From Andalucia godoyi And28 (taxonomy: Eukaryota; Protista; Jakobida): 64,000 bases of DNA. The DNA is taken from contig VRVR01000022.1 in assembly GCA_009859145.1 (NCBI GenBank), positions 124,001 to 188,000 on the forward strand. The letters run 5' to 3'. Shown here piece by piece: positions 43,678 through 53,142 of this stretch (its first letter is position 1; each line of letters opens with the position of its first letter). The notes under the pieces were generated by a model that had not been told where the DNA came from, ran no database searches, and was given only the letters and a program-made list of their open reading frames with translations. The translations under genes and the position numbers were made by a program.

Positions 43678-45537
43678 ATGACTTCGCGAGTGATATCTCT
43701 GACAGAAAGTGCGCGATCGACATACTGCGATCTCGCGAGTGTCTATCCTGATTTCGAGCTCGAGTTGTACTTGCTGAATCTGATAGCGCTGTCGTCGCTC
43801 AGGGTGGCCAGCAGAGACGAGGATCCAAGAGCTGCTGCACAGTACTTGTTCGTTGCGACGACAGGCAACACAATTCGAGTGCTCGTGAGACCGAGTGCAG
43901 TATGCGCACATTTTGAGCACCGCTGTGTTATGGAAGTGCCAAACGCAGTGCAGATTCATCAAATCCGAACTGGATTTTTGCTGCAAGGTAACGCAGAACA
44001 GGTTCTTGTAGCGGTGTGCGAGCCTGACATCATTGCCATTTACTACATGGATCGTGAGGGATTTGAGACGAGACCGCCGCTGGTGATCCACGAGTCTCCG
44101 GCTCCATGGTCCGTGGATATCTCCCCCGGACTGTGTGCCATTGCCGTTGGATCCAATGCTCACACAGTGCGGGTTGTCAGCTTGGGATCCAATCCGGGAA
44201 ATGTCGACGAATCGAAAAGAATGGTGCATGGTAACAATGTTCCGTACGTTTCGTTTTCTCCCTGCGGTAGGTTCATTGCTACTGCTTCCATTGATGCCGG
44301 CTTCCGCATTTTTCAAATCAGCGACATTGGAGAATCGAGCCACATCGAAAGACGGATTAGTCACTTTGTTCCCGTGCTCCGGCTGCGAAGAAAGTGGAGC
44401 GAATGGTGCTGGTCAGTGAAGTGGCTTGAAAAAAAGTTTGCGTGCCAACACTGTTCCGTGGCTCAATTCTGGGACGCTTTCCACGTGGTGTCGTCAACGG
44501 ATTGGTATCCCAGATACCTTATTGGTGCTGTTATGCCAGTCTCGGTCAGAAACAGACCAGCTCCGCCTTCGTACATGAATGAGGAATCAGATGGAGCGCT
44601 CATTAGCAGGCACTTATCGGATTCTCTTTCGGAATCGTCATTCAGTGATCATGAAGCCGGAAGCAATGTTGAACATGAAGAAGGGCAAGAGGAGAGCGAG
44701 GGAGAGGGAGAGGTCCATCCTGTGCGTACAAGTTATTCCGATCCTGCCGAGAGTCGTCTGGAATTCCACCGAATGTTCGAAGAGCTTTCTGGTCTTATCA
44801 AGCATTTCGGCGAGAGAATCCCTGGCAAATACATGGAAGTGTACAATGACTGGACAGCAATGAGTTTTCCGGATCTCGTGGAAACGACCAGCGTCGGTGG
44901 TGTAAATCGCATGATTGATTCCATGGACGAGGTGTTGAAAGGGATCTACGAGAATTTGCGTTCTCAGGACAATCTACATCTATCCGAGAGTCCACCGAAC
45001 ACGGAGACTTGGAAGACTGCGCTTTCCCAATACATCATGCTCGGAGGTAGCAAGCAGCACTGCATTCTTTTTGATCCTCTTGATGGCGCAGTCACATTTC
45101 GCATGATGGGCGAGCGGTCGCTGCTCGACAACTGGCATGCAGCAAGAATCTCCTTTTGTGAAGTTTCGCAATTCAGTGTTGCCATTTCGTGTATGACAAC
45201 GCCGTACGCATTTGTTTTTCGTTTTTGCAAGCTTCCCGGAGACAGGCAGTACGTGCTGATGCCTTTTAAAGCAGCGCGATTTCCCTCCAGTGTTCGAAAT
45301 GTGCCCATCTGCTCTGGTCTGTGGCTCAATGAGATTGTCCTTCCCGATGACACTGGCGATGCACCTGTTCGACTTCTCGAACTCACCATTCTTTTGATCA
45401 GCGGACGTATGCTGACCTATCGATTTTCCCCGTTTGCAAATGCAGATGTTCTCAACGGAGAATCTGCAAGTTCCACGTTTGCTTCGCTAAGTGCATTGCA
45501 ATTGGATGTTTCTAGTGTGTACGCGGCAATGCTGTAG
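43678..45537 (+). CDS. WD40-like protein (CRT10-like)
   Basis: PWSVDI....IAVGSNAH.V.V, HGNNVPYVSFS...IATASID, WCWSV.W. Confidence 0.55.
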   Translation: MTSRVISLTESARSTYCDLASVYPDFELELYLLNLIALSSLRVASRDEDPRAAAQYLFVATTGNTIRVLVRPSAVCAHFEHRCVMEVPNAVQIHQIRTGFLLQGNAEQVLVAVCEPDIIAIYYMDREGFETRPPLVIHESPAPWSVDISPGLCAIAVGSNAHTVRVVSLGSNPGNVDESKRMVHGNNVPYVSFSPCGRFIATASIDAGFRIFQISDIGESSHIERRISHFVPVLRLRRKWSEWCWSVKWLEKKFACQHCSVAQFWDAFHVVSSTDWYPRYLIGAVMPVSVRNRPAPPSYMNEESDGALISRHLSDSLSESSFSDHEAGSNVEHEEGQEESEGEGEVHPVRTSYSDPAESRLEFHRMFEELSGLIKHFGERIPGKYMEVYNDWTAMSFPDLVETTSVGGVNRMIDSMDEVLKGIYENLRSQDNLHLSESPPNTETWKTALSQYIMLGGSKQHCILFDPLDGAVTFRMMGERSLLDNWHAARISFCEVSQFSVAISCMTTPYAFVFRFCKLPGDRQYVLMPFKAARFPSSVRNVPICSGLWLNEIVLPDDTGDAPVRLLELTILLISGRMLTYRFSPFANADVLNGESASSTFASLSALQLDVSSVYAAML

Positions 45538-45880
45538 TTCTGTCATGCTGGAATTTGAAGAAATTGTCGCTGGTATTCGCTCTTCGTTACATGGTTGCGC
45601 CCTGCGGCGTGCAGCATTTTCAACTCCAGCACTGACTTCCCGTCGTCCAGCGAGTCTCCTGTTTCCACCATATCCATTTCAGGAATTCGGGGGTAGTCAA
45701 CGCCAACGCCAACGCCAACGTGAATGCCAGCTTCTGTGCATGTGAGACGTAACTGCATATTCGGCTTCGCTTTTCATGATGCAACGACTCAGTAAACAGT
45801 TGTCCGTATGTCGGTAAACCAGTTCCGCTGCTCCATGCAAATGCAGCCCTTGCTGTTGTACGAAACGCTGACAAACGGTG

Positions 45881-46097
45881 CGCCTACATTGTACACTAAC
45901 CACGGGTTATCATCGCTGATCACCCATAATCAATGTTGCAACCCAACAACATGCATAATGCAACGCGGCGGCGTGTGTATAGGGACTTCATGATCAAAAC
46001 GGGGCGAAACGACTCGGGCATCGTGTGACGGAGTTGCCAGTGCTTTTGCTTACGTGCGCTTCAGATTGATTCATCATATCGCAATAAGTGGCAGCGG
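45881..46097 (-). mobile_element. non-autonomous IS607/Fanzor2-derived miniature element, subfamily B (217 bp)
   Basis: both ends nearly identical to 51163-51677; same CCGCTG / TAGGCG termini as subfamily A; no coding remnant. Confidence 0.88.
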
Positions 46098-46191
46098 TTT
46101 TCTTTTTTTGTTTTCGTTTTGTTTTGTTCACTTTGTGCTGTTTCCTTTTTCCCGCCGACGCTTTCGTCGCCCGTCCATCAAAGGACTTAGA

Positions 46192-47085
46192 ATGCGAAGT
46201 CCTCCTCGGGGCCCGATAGGAGCCTCAAAACAACTGAAGCGGTCACAGTTCTACATATTTCTGTTCTTTTCCGTCATCCACCCATACATATTCGTCTTTA
46301 CGCTGTACACCATGTTACAAACGTCATTGCATTCTGTTGAGTTTCAAACGGCCTATGTTATTTTGTTCACAGTGACCATGTATCTGTACTCGAGACTTGT
46401 CAAATCGAACCCGGGGTACATTGACCAGCGGCTCATTGACGATCTTATCCGGCGGAACGGACCGTCATCGGTGTATCGCAAGTGTGAAGTTTGCTGTTTG
46501 GAAGTTCCATACCGATGTCGACACTGCTATGAATGCGGCCGATGCGTAGCTTTGATGGACCATCACTGTCCATGGATACAGTCTTGCGTAGGAGAGTACA
46601 ACGTTGCTCGGTTCTTCTGGTTTCTTGTCCTGGAATGTGTGCTTGTCGCCGTGACTTTGTGGATAACGGTCGATGCCCATTCCTGGAAAGCAATCTGGGA
46701 ATCCTGGAACCTTGTTTTTATTCTGTGCGTTCTGATATTTGCGCTGCTGTTCTCGTTTTCCATGGTTTGCTCGAATTTATGGCTGCTGTGGACCGGCCAG
46801 ACAACCTTGGAAATGGTAAAGTGGAGGTCGCTGGCGTACATGGAGCAGAAGAGACAATTTGATCGCGGCGTCAAGGAGAACTGTGGACTGGTTCTCAACT
46901 TTGCCCGAGTGTTCGGGTCCCAGAGCTTCCCTCCTCTCGTTGCGTGGATCGAACACAAAAAGAAAGCGACGAATCGCGACGTGGAGAGCCTGACAGACGC
47001 CGCGCCGTCTGACCATGCTCAATCTCGCTCATGCCCAGCGTGGGTTCACACCGTCACAGATAACAAGTACTACTCTTGTTTCTAA
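46192..47085 (+). CDS. DHHC palmitoyltransferase
   Basis: C..C....PYRCRHC.EC.RCV..MDHHCPWI..CVG..N. Confidence 0.93.
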   Translation: MRSPPRGPIGASKQLKRSQFYIFLFFSVIHPYIFVFTLYTMLQTSLHSVEFQTAYVILFTVTMYLYSRLVKSNPGYIDQRLIDDLIRRNGPSSVYRKCEVCCLEVPYRCRHCYECGRCVALMDHHCPWIQSCVGEYNVARFFWFLVLECVLVAVTLWITVDAHSWKAIWESWNLVFILCVLIFALLFSFSMVCSNLWLLWTGQTTLEMVKWRSLAYMEQKRQFDRGVKENCGLVLNFARVFGSQSFPPLVAWIEHKKKATNRDVESLTDAAPSDHAQSRSCPAWVHTVTDNKYYSCF

Positions 47086-47232
47086 AACGGAATGGATCCT
47101 CAGTTATGTAAAGAACAGTTAGTTTGTCGGTTCATTGTACATTTATCTTCTACGAGTGTGCAAGGCACTAGGGACCGGGAGGAGCAAAACAAAACCAAAA
47201 ACGAAAAAACGAAAAAGAAAACAGTTGAAACG

Positions 47233-48180
47233 TCACGACGCGAACGGCAAGATTTGTTCTTGAATGGACACACAACGCGGATCGCATTCCGAAAGGTACT
47301 TTTGGCTTTGCACCAGCGCAAGTTCCTTTCTTCCGAGCTCCGCAGTAACCTTCATTGTCAGATGCATGCCGGCGAGTGCTCTTTTCAGCACGACTGCTAC
47401 AGGGATGACTTCCCAGAGCGAACCTTGCGAACGGGTTGGGTTCCTGATTTCCTTGAGCAGCTGCGCGAGAAGGAGCGACGCAAACAGGTCTCCACAACCA
47501 GAAAAGGAGCCTTCGATTCGATCGAACTGCAGGAATATCCGCTGCTTGGAGCACGAATTCGAAGCCAGCAACACCATTTTCTTCGCACTTGTCTCTTCAA
47601 AAAGCCCAGGATCAACAGCGCAATCAAGGGAGGTGATGACCACAAGCTCGGGGCCCAGTTGATGGAGACTATTGCAGGCATCGAGTGCTGATTTCGTGTT
47701 TGTGATCTTGAATCCTGACAAGGTCTCCGCTTCGAAGTGGTTTGGAGTTACTACGTTTGCACAAGGAAGAATGAGGCTCTTGTACTGATCGACAAGCTGC
47801 GGAGGGACATACAGCTTTCCGTCATCGCCAAGCACCGGATCACAGAGATATAGTAATTGCGGGCTGTTCTGCGAGCTCCTCAGCTCGGAAATGACGTCCA
47901 CCACCGATTGCAGAAAGGCCTCAGAGCCGATAAACCCAGTCAACAATCCACTGTACAAGCTGAGAAAACGGTTGCTTCGAAGTCCATCAATGATCGTCCG
48001 CAGACCAGCTCCGTCCATGACCGTCCCCGTGCACACAGGATATCCCTTGTGGTTGCTGAAATGAACAGTGTTGACAGGATCGACTTCGATCCCGTTCAGC
48101 TGAAGCGGCAGCGTCGCCGCTTTGTTTCCTACATATCCATGCACAACATGCGATTGAATCGACAGCACCCGAACACTCAT
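47233..48180 (-). CDS. PDXK: pyridoxal kinase
   Basis: VLSIQSHVVHGYVGNKAATLPLQL.G, DPVLGDDGKLYV, TPNHFEAE.LSG, FSGCGDLFAS. Confidence 0.95.
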   Translation of the reverse strand: MSVRVLSIQSHVVHGYVGNKAATLPLQLNGIEVDPVNTVHFSNHKGYPVCTGTVMDGAGLRTIIDGLRSNRFLSLYSGLLTGFIGSEAFLQSVVDVISELRSSQNSPQLLYLCDPVLGDDGKLYVPPQLVDQYKSLILPCANVVTPNHFEAETLSGFKITNTKSALDACNSLHQLGPELVVITSLDCAVDPGLFEETSAKKMVLLASNSCSKQRIFLQFDRIEGSFSGCGDLFASLLLAQLLKEIRNPTRSQGSLWEVIPVAVVLKRALAGMHLTMKVTAELGRKELALVQSQKYLSECDPRCVSIQEQILPFAS

Positions 48181-48523
48181 TCCGTGCTTCCCTCCCTCTC
48201 CTCCTTCTTCCTCTCCCTTTCCCTCTCTCTCTCCCACCGTCACGTGGCTGCTGTCCATAGTCGTGAACATGCAAAATAGGAAATGACGTGACTCAGACGG
48301 ACTGACAGGTCGATGACAGACTGAGAAATCGACGCACGTAAAAAACGAGGACTGCTGGCGTCAATTGACGCTTGGAGGCCTTCGACCTGATGGATGCCTG
48401 TGGACGTACGAGAACCAGTACAGTACTGTACGTACTACAAACAAAAAAGTCAAAAGGAGGAGAGGTGCGACGTCCGGCATCTCTGGACTTCCTGACGTGT
48501 ATGCTCACCGAGTCGCACAGTGC

Positions 48524-49255
48524 ATGAAGCTGGATTTTGTGTTGTTGGTTGCTGTGTTGGTTGTAGTTGTGGTGTCTGTGATGCCAGGCGTTCGATCTCA
48601 GAGCCGAGCTCGCTCACTCTGCTTGTTTGAGCTGCTGGCGCCGGATGTCCAAGCTCGGTTTCGAGACATGATGGAGGATTCTGAATGGGGGGTGTTTTCC
48701 GTGGATGCGCAAGGGAGTGCTCGTGTGCTAGCAGATCACGATGCCGATGGGGCTCATGCGGGATTGCTGGTTCCTGTGGACCAGGATATGCGGTTATACA
48801 GGGTTGTTCGACGAAATCTCCTAAAGTGGGGTTTGCCCGAGGACCTGATGGATAATGTAGCGTTTGGAGACATGTTCATTCTGGACGATTATCGCGGAGC
48901 AGGAATCTTCTTTGCTGCGGACGACGGTTCAGAACGGTCTCCTCCGTTGTTTGTGAGGACTCAGATGGAGTATGGATACATGATTCCGGTCGAGTTGTGG
49001 CCGCTTGTGCTGTCGCACGGCCCTGTGTACTTTGCTCCATGGACGCAGACTGGGAACTTGCAGTTTGCTGAAATTCCAAAGCCAGAGAATGCAGAACAAC
49101 GAGCAGAGTTGGAAGAACGGTATCCACCCGATGACGAATTGTACGATCCGGATGTGCCAGAAGACAGTGCACAGTATGGCGTGTCTTGGGAAGGCAGCAC
49201 ATTTGATGATGAAACACCAGCAGAGTTACGACTTCTTCGTGGAAAACTCTATTAG
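48524..49255 (+). CDS. hypothetical secreted protein
   Basis: signal-peptide-like MKLDFVLLVAVLVVVVVSVMPGVRS and a globular body with no family recognised. Confidence 0.65.
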   Translation: MKLDFVLLVAVLVVVVVSVMPGVRSQSRARSLCLFELLAPDVQARFRDMMEDSEWGVFSVDAQGSARVLADHDADGAHAGLLVPVDQDMRLYRVVRRNLLKWGLPEDLMDNVAFGDMFILDDYRGAGIFFAADDGSERSPPLFVRTQMEYGYMIPVELWPLVLSHGPVYFAPWTQTGNLQFAEIPKPENAEQRAELEERYPPDDELYDPDVPEDSAQYGVSWEGSTFDDETPAELRLLRGKLY

Positions 49256-49597
49256 ACGAGAGAGCACCTACTTACTGGAAACGTCTTTTTCACCTGAACG
49301 AGAACTACAAAGAAAACCAATACGGCGGGAGGAGAGCACTGCTCCTTCTTCTTAAAAGCATTCGCATTCGCATGCTCCTGCTGCATCTCGGTCGCTGGCC
49401 AACTGGAGCTTGAACTGACTGCTTGCTCGGTGTTTTGAAGTCTTTTCCAACGATGGAAAAGAGGCGCGATTGGGGCTGCAATCTCACATTTTTTTGGTAC
49501 TGTATTTTTATCCATAAAAAGGGAAGGATTCAAATCGGAGAGCTCGCTGCGCTGACTGCAGTGCAGCATCGTTTCTCACAAGATCAGGTGCTGTTTA

Positions 49598-50914
49598 TTA
49601 CAGAATGGGGTTATTGTACTGTGAAAGCATCCTCGCGCGCTTGGATTCCCGGAAATCCTTCTCGTCCTGAACCGTCGGTGTGATTGTCACCACGGGTCGT
49701 TTGCGATCTCTGAGTTCCTGTCCAGAGGCACACGACGCATTCATAACCTTCCGCAACGGAGCGAACTTGACGAATTGCTCTCCCTTTTCATTCGCGATTC
49801 TAAACAAGTATGAGCTTCCGTCGTTGGTGCTGAGGTTTTCCAACACGATTTCTCTTACAAACGAGTAAGGAGGCTGGGAGCCTTCTTCCAATGCGTTTGT
49901 CATCGTCTCTGCATTTTCTGGCATAGCATAAGCAAACCGCACAGTCTGTGGATCCGTCCGCACCAACAAGGCGCGCGTTGCGTCTTCCGTTTCGTTTGAG
50001 CTTCCATTCGGATTTGTCGAGAACTTAAGCTGCACCAGCGACTGTCCGAACATTTCCACATCCGGAATCACAGGCAGGATGCGCTTAATCTTCACGCTTG
50101 GATTCTTCGGATGCTTCGGCACAAAGATTCCCTTGTCGATTCTCTTCGCCATCTCGAATGTTTCTTCAATGCGGGCAAGTTTCGCCTCTTCCGACTCGTC
50201 CGAAGGATCGAATTCAGCCGCGAGTGAAACGTACGGGGCCTCCGCCTTCTTTTCCATCGATGCGTTCTTCTGCATCATCACTGCGCGTTTTCGAGCATGT
50301 TCCATTTGTTGTTGCTCTTGCAAAATGCGTGATGAAAGCGAGCCGTATCCCAGTCTCTCCTGCACAATCTTTGAGATTTCCGAAGTCATGTTTGCACTAA
50401 CTGGTTTCGGATCAAAGATGAACTTATCCACATCGGAAAGCAGCCCAGAAGACGAAGAGGAAGCTGCCGCTGCAAAATTCGACGCAGAGGCAGAAGCAGA
50501 AGCAGAAGCAGAAGCAGAGGAGGAGGCGGCAGAGGAAGAGGACGAAGATGCGGAAGAAGGCAAAGACGATTTTCCAGCTGCTGAGTTTGTAAGAATGGAC
50601 ATTAGCGCAGGATTGGCAGCTGCAGATCGAAAACGGAGTTTGAGAGATTCCGTGTCGACGAGATCAATTGGCATTCCAAGTTGGACCGAAGCTGGGTATG
50701 CAGGCTTTGCCATTTTTTCCAACAGATTCGGTTTGTACGCCGAGAATGGCTCGGATGGAATGTCGATGCGCAAAGGAACTGGGTCACACGGAACCACCGG
50801 AAGCAGCGAGGCAAAGTGGATCGGACACAAAAAGTCACTCTTCGAATGCAAACGAAGGTTCTGAGGACGCGGCCCAAGCTTCTCGCCACCGCTGCTCTTA
50901 GCTGTCGACGACAT
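49598..50914 (-). CDS. PAF1: RNA polymerase II-associated factor Paf1
   Basis: DFLC.I.F...LP.VP.DP, GMPIDLVD, IEETFE.AK, HP.NP.V......P..PD. Confidence 0.8.
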   Translation of the reverse strand: MSSTAKSSGGEKLGPRPQNLRLHSKSDFLCPIHFASLLPVVPCDPVPLRIDIPSEPFSAYKPNLLEKMAKPAYPASVQLGMPIDLVDTESLKLRFRSAAANPALMSILTNSAAGKSSLPSSASSSSSSAASSSASASASASASASNFAAAASSSSSGLLSDVDKFIFDPKPVSANMTSEISKIVQERLGYGSLSSRILQEQQQMEHARKRAVMMQKNASMEKKAEAPYVSLAAEFDPSDESEEAKLARIEETFEMAKRIDKGIFVPKHPKNPSVKIKRILPVIPDVEMFGQSLVQLKFSTNPNGSSNETEDATRALLVRTDPQTVRFAYAMPENAETMTNALEEGSQPPYSFVREIVLENLSTNDGSSYLFRIANEKGEQFVKFAPLRKVMNASCASGQELRDRKRPVVTITPTVQDEKDFRESKRARMLSQYNNPIL

Positions 50915-51228
50915 GCAGGCAACCAAAACAACCAAAACAACAGAAACAACAGAAACAGCAAATAGAACAGACCAGTAGACAGCGAGTACCAAACCACCAA
51001 TACGAAACAGAATGGAATTAGATAGACGACAAACAGGAAATAAGGAAAAACTATTAAATTTTCTTTATGCACAACTTGCGCACCGAAAACAATTGTGTTT
51101 TTTGATTTACGACTGCGACTGCAAGGGAGCGGGAGTGTCTGGTAATTTGAGAATCATTGCAGCGCCTACATTGTACACAAACCACGGATTATCATCGCTG
51201 ATCACCCATAATCAATGTTGCAACCCAA

Positions 51229-51389
51229 CACCTTGTTTCCATACAACTTGCGATGGATTTCCCCGCAACGGCCGCACGTTTTAGACGTGCACTCCTCCGT
51301 CACAAGTCGCAATCGACACCTGCCGCTGTTGGAATTGATAATGACCCCGTGTCAACATCTGCCACGTCGTTGTCGCCTTGGCGATCTTT
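51229..51389 (-). pseudogene. Fanzor2 RuvC/zinc-finger fragment
   Basis: ML.(W)GHYQF.QR and VTEE(Y)TSKTCG.CG.IH.KL(G)GNKV are typical Fanzor2/TnpB motifs. Confidence 0.9.
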
Positions 51390-51464
51390 CCTGGCGGCGG
51401 CCCAGCGTCGGTGGAGATTGTCATAAGTCTTGCGCAACGCTGCGGGCGTGACCTGCATGGACAT
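51381..51464 (-). pseudogene. IS607-family serine recombinase (TnpA) N-terminal HTH fragment
   Basis: MQVTPAALRKTYD(IST)..RRWAAAGKI resembles the MerR-like HTH 'TLRRW...GKI' of IS607 TnpA; it is the first ORF after the left end. Confidence 0.65.
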
Positions 51465-51521
51465 TAAAAACGAAAATAAGAAATGAGCGTCGGTGTGCGA
51501 GAATGCAATGTGGCGGCGTAC

Positions 51522-51528
51522 TTATATA
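51522..51528 (-). promoter_or_regulatory. TATA-like box upstream of the TnpA remnant
   Basis: minus-strand CCTATATAAG about 58 nt upstream of ATG 51464. Confidence 0.4.
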
Positions 51529-51753
51529 GGGACTTCATGATCAAAACGGGGCGAAACGAATCGGGCAATGTGTGACGGAGTTGCCAAGATAACAGACGCA
51601 TGCGCATGGGCGCGTGGCAGTGTTTTTGCTTACGTGCGCTTCAGATTGCTTCATCATATCGCAGCAAGTGGCAGCGGCTGACAACACAGCGCCGAGCAGC
51701 GGGTCCAAGAGACTGACGAAGAACGATAAACATAGAGTATACTGTACATGTGA

Positions 51754-52659
51754 TTATACTTTGAGCATTCGTTCTACGTTTCGAAGGATGGAGGCCGCGG
51801 TCCAAGCTCTGGAACTGGGAGGAACTGCAGGACACTGATTTTGAGCAATGCGCATGTACTTGTCCGAAACTGCAAAGTTGCCGCCAATGACCAGAACATT
51901 GTCGGCCATTGGCTTTCGAAGATCCTGTGTCAGCCTCGAAATGGACGTCCTGACTGCTCCGTCCACTGCCAACTCGATCCATTTCCTCTGCTTTTCATCC
52001 TCGGTTGCCATTTTCGTACTGGACGTTGCGGCATTATCCACCACATCCTGCGGGTTTGCATAGATATAATCGTCCAGATCGTCCAGTCGCATCTCGACGA
52101 CCGCGTCTTCGGAGATGCAACCCAGTTCTGCAACTGGGATGACTCGAATAATGCCACTGTGGGCAAAGTCGACTACCATGGAGCATTTCTTCCCGAGAAG
52201 GAGTGGCGCAACGAGTTCGGAAGTGACAATCGAGACCGACGAAGCCGAAAGCGGCGGTGATTCAAGACATTCTTTGCATATCTGCACAGTATACGGATGG
52301 ACAGTGTACGAAAACGAAAGCGTAATGTGTGAAAACGGAGGATTCACAAGCAAGTACTCCAAGATCAACGTCTTGAAATACCCACGAATACACTGCTGAT
52401 CCGCCGGACAAAGCAGCGCAAACTTCGTATTGCTGCTGCTGCTGCTCGCCCTCCCTTCTCCTACTGGTGCGGATGCAGATGCGGGTGTCGGGTCTGAATG
52501 CACGGCATGAAGAGATGGAAGCGGACGAGTAAGTATGGAAGCGACAAAGGCTGGTGATTGGATTGTGTGTCGAGGAAACGGATCACCTACAAAGCCAATG
52601 CGCGTGAAACACCTCCCGCATTCAATGATGATCGCTTGGGAACTCGAGCCGGAACTCAT
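51754..52659 (-). CDS. ACTR10: actin-related protein (dynactin Arp10/Arp11-like)
   Basis: AIIIECGRCFTRIGFVGDPFPR, VVDF, VIPV, DLRKPMADNVLVIGG, AWTAASI. Confidence 0.7.
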   Translation of the reverse strand: MSSGSSSQAIIIECGRCFTRIGFVGDPFPRHTIQSPAFVASILTRPLPSLHAVHSDPTPASASAPVGEGRASSSSSNTKFALLCPADQQCIRGYFKTLILEYLLVNPPFSHITLSFSYTVHPYTVQICKECLESPPLSASSVSIVTSELVAPLLLGKKCSMVVDFAHSGIIRVIPVAELGCISEDAVVEMRLDDLDDYIYANPQDVVDNAATSSTKMATEDEKQRKWIELAVDGAVRTSISRLTQDLRKPMADNVLVIGGNFAVSDKYMRIAQNQCPAVPPSSRAWTAASILRNVERMLKV

Positions 52660-53142
52660 CCAAATCCAGGCACCGTCCAGAATCCAAGAAGGAAAAGAAG
52701 AAAACACCAAAGCAACCCAACAATCAAAACAGACCAAAAGAAGCAGAACTGTCTGGAATTGAAAACAGACTCGGTCGAAATGACGAGCACTTACAGTAGC
52801 TGAAAACGTGCAATGCAGCGATTTCTGTAGCATCAAAGGCTCAAGGCATCCGAGAGACACGCTTGGAAACTGGTTGCGGACCTTCGGATGTCACCGTGGT
52901 TGGCTGGTTTGTGAGTGTGTGAGTGTGTGTGACGTTGTGCTGCTATCATTGTCATTTACTGAATTCTTATCTCCGGAGCAGTAGCAGTAGCAGTAGCAGT
53001 AGCAATAGCAGTAGGAAAGACGACGACGACGAAGAAGGAGTGGTGGTGGTGGTAGTAAGTGTTAAGAATAGGTGGGCTGGTTTTTTTATTTTTTATTTTA
53101 TTTAAATTTTAAATTTAAATTTTAAATTGGATTCTGCCGCCG

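Larger units (their letters stand above)
51163..51677 (-). mobile_element. non-autonomous IS607/Fanzor2-derived element, subfamily B (515 bp), with TnpA and Fanzor remnants
   Basis: shared termini; minus strand gives MSMQVTPAALRKTYD..RRWAAA-GKI, then KIAKATT.WQMLTRGHYQFQQR and LVTEECTSKTCGRCGEIHRKLYGNKV in shifted frames. Confidence 0.93.

Noticed and set aside
45543-45903. Short minus-strand ORFs between the CRT10-like gene and the 46-kb element
   Set aside because: No recognisable motif, non-ATG starts or very short, and they include a (CAACGC)n simple repeat
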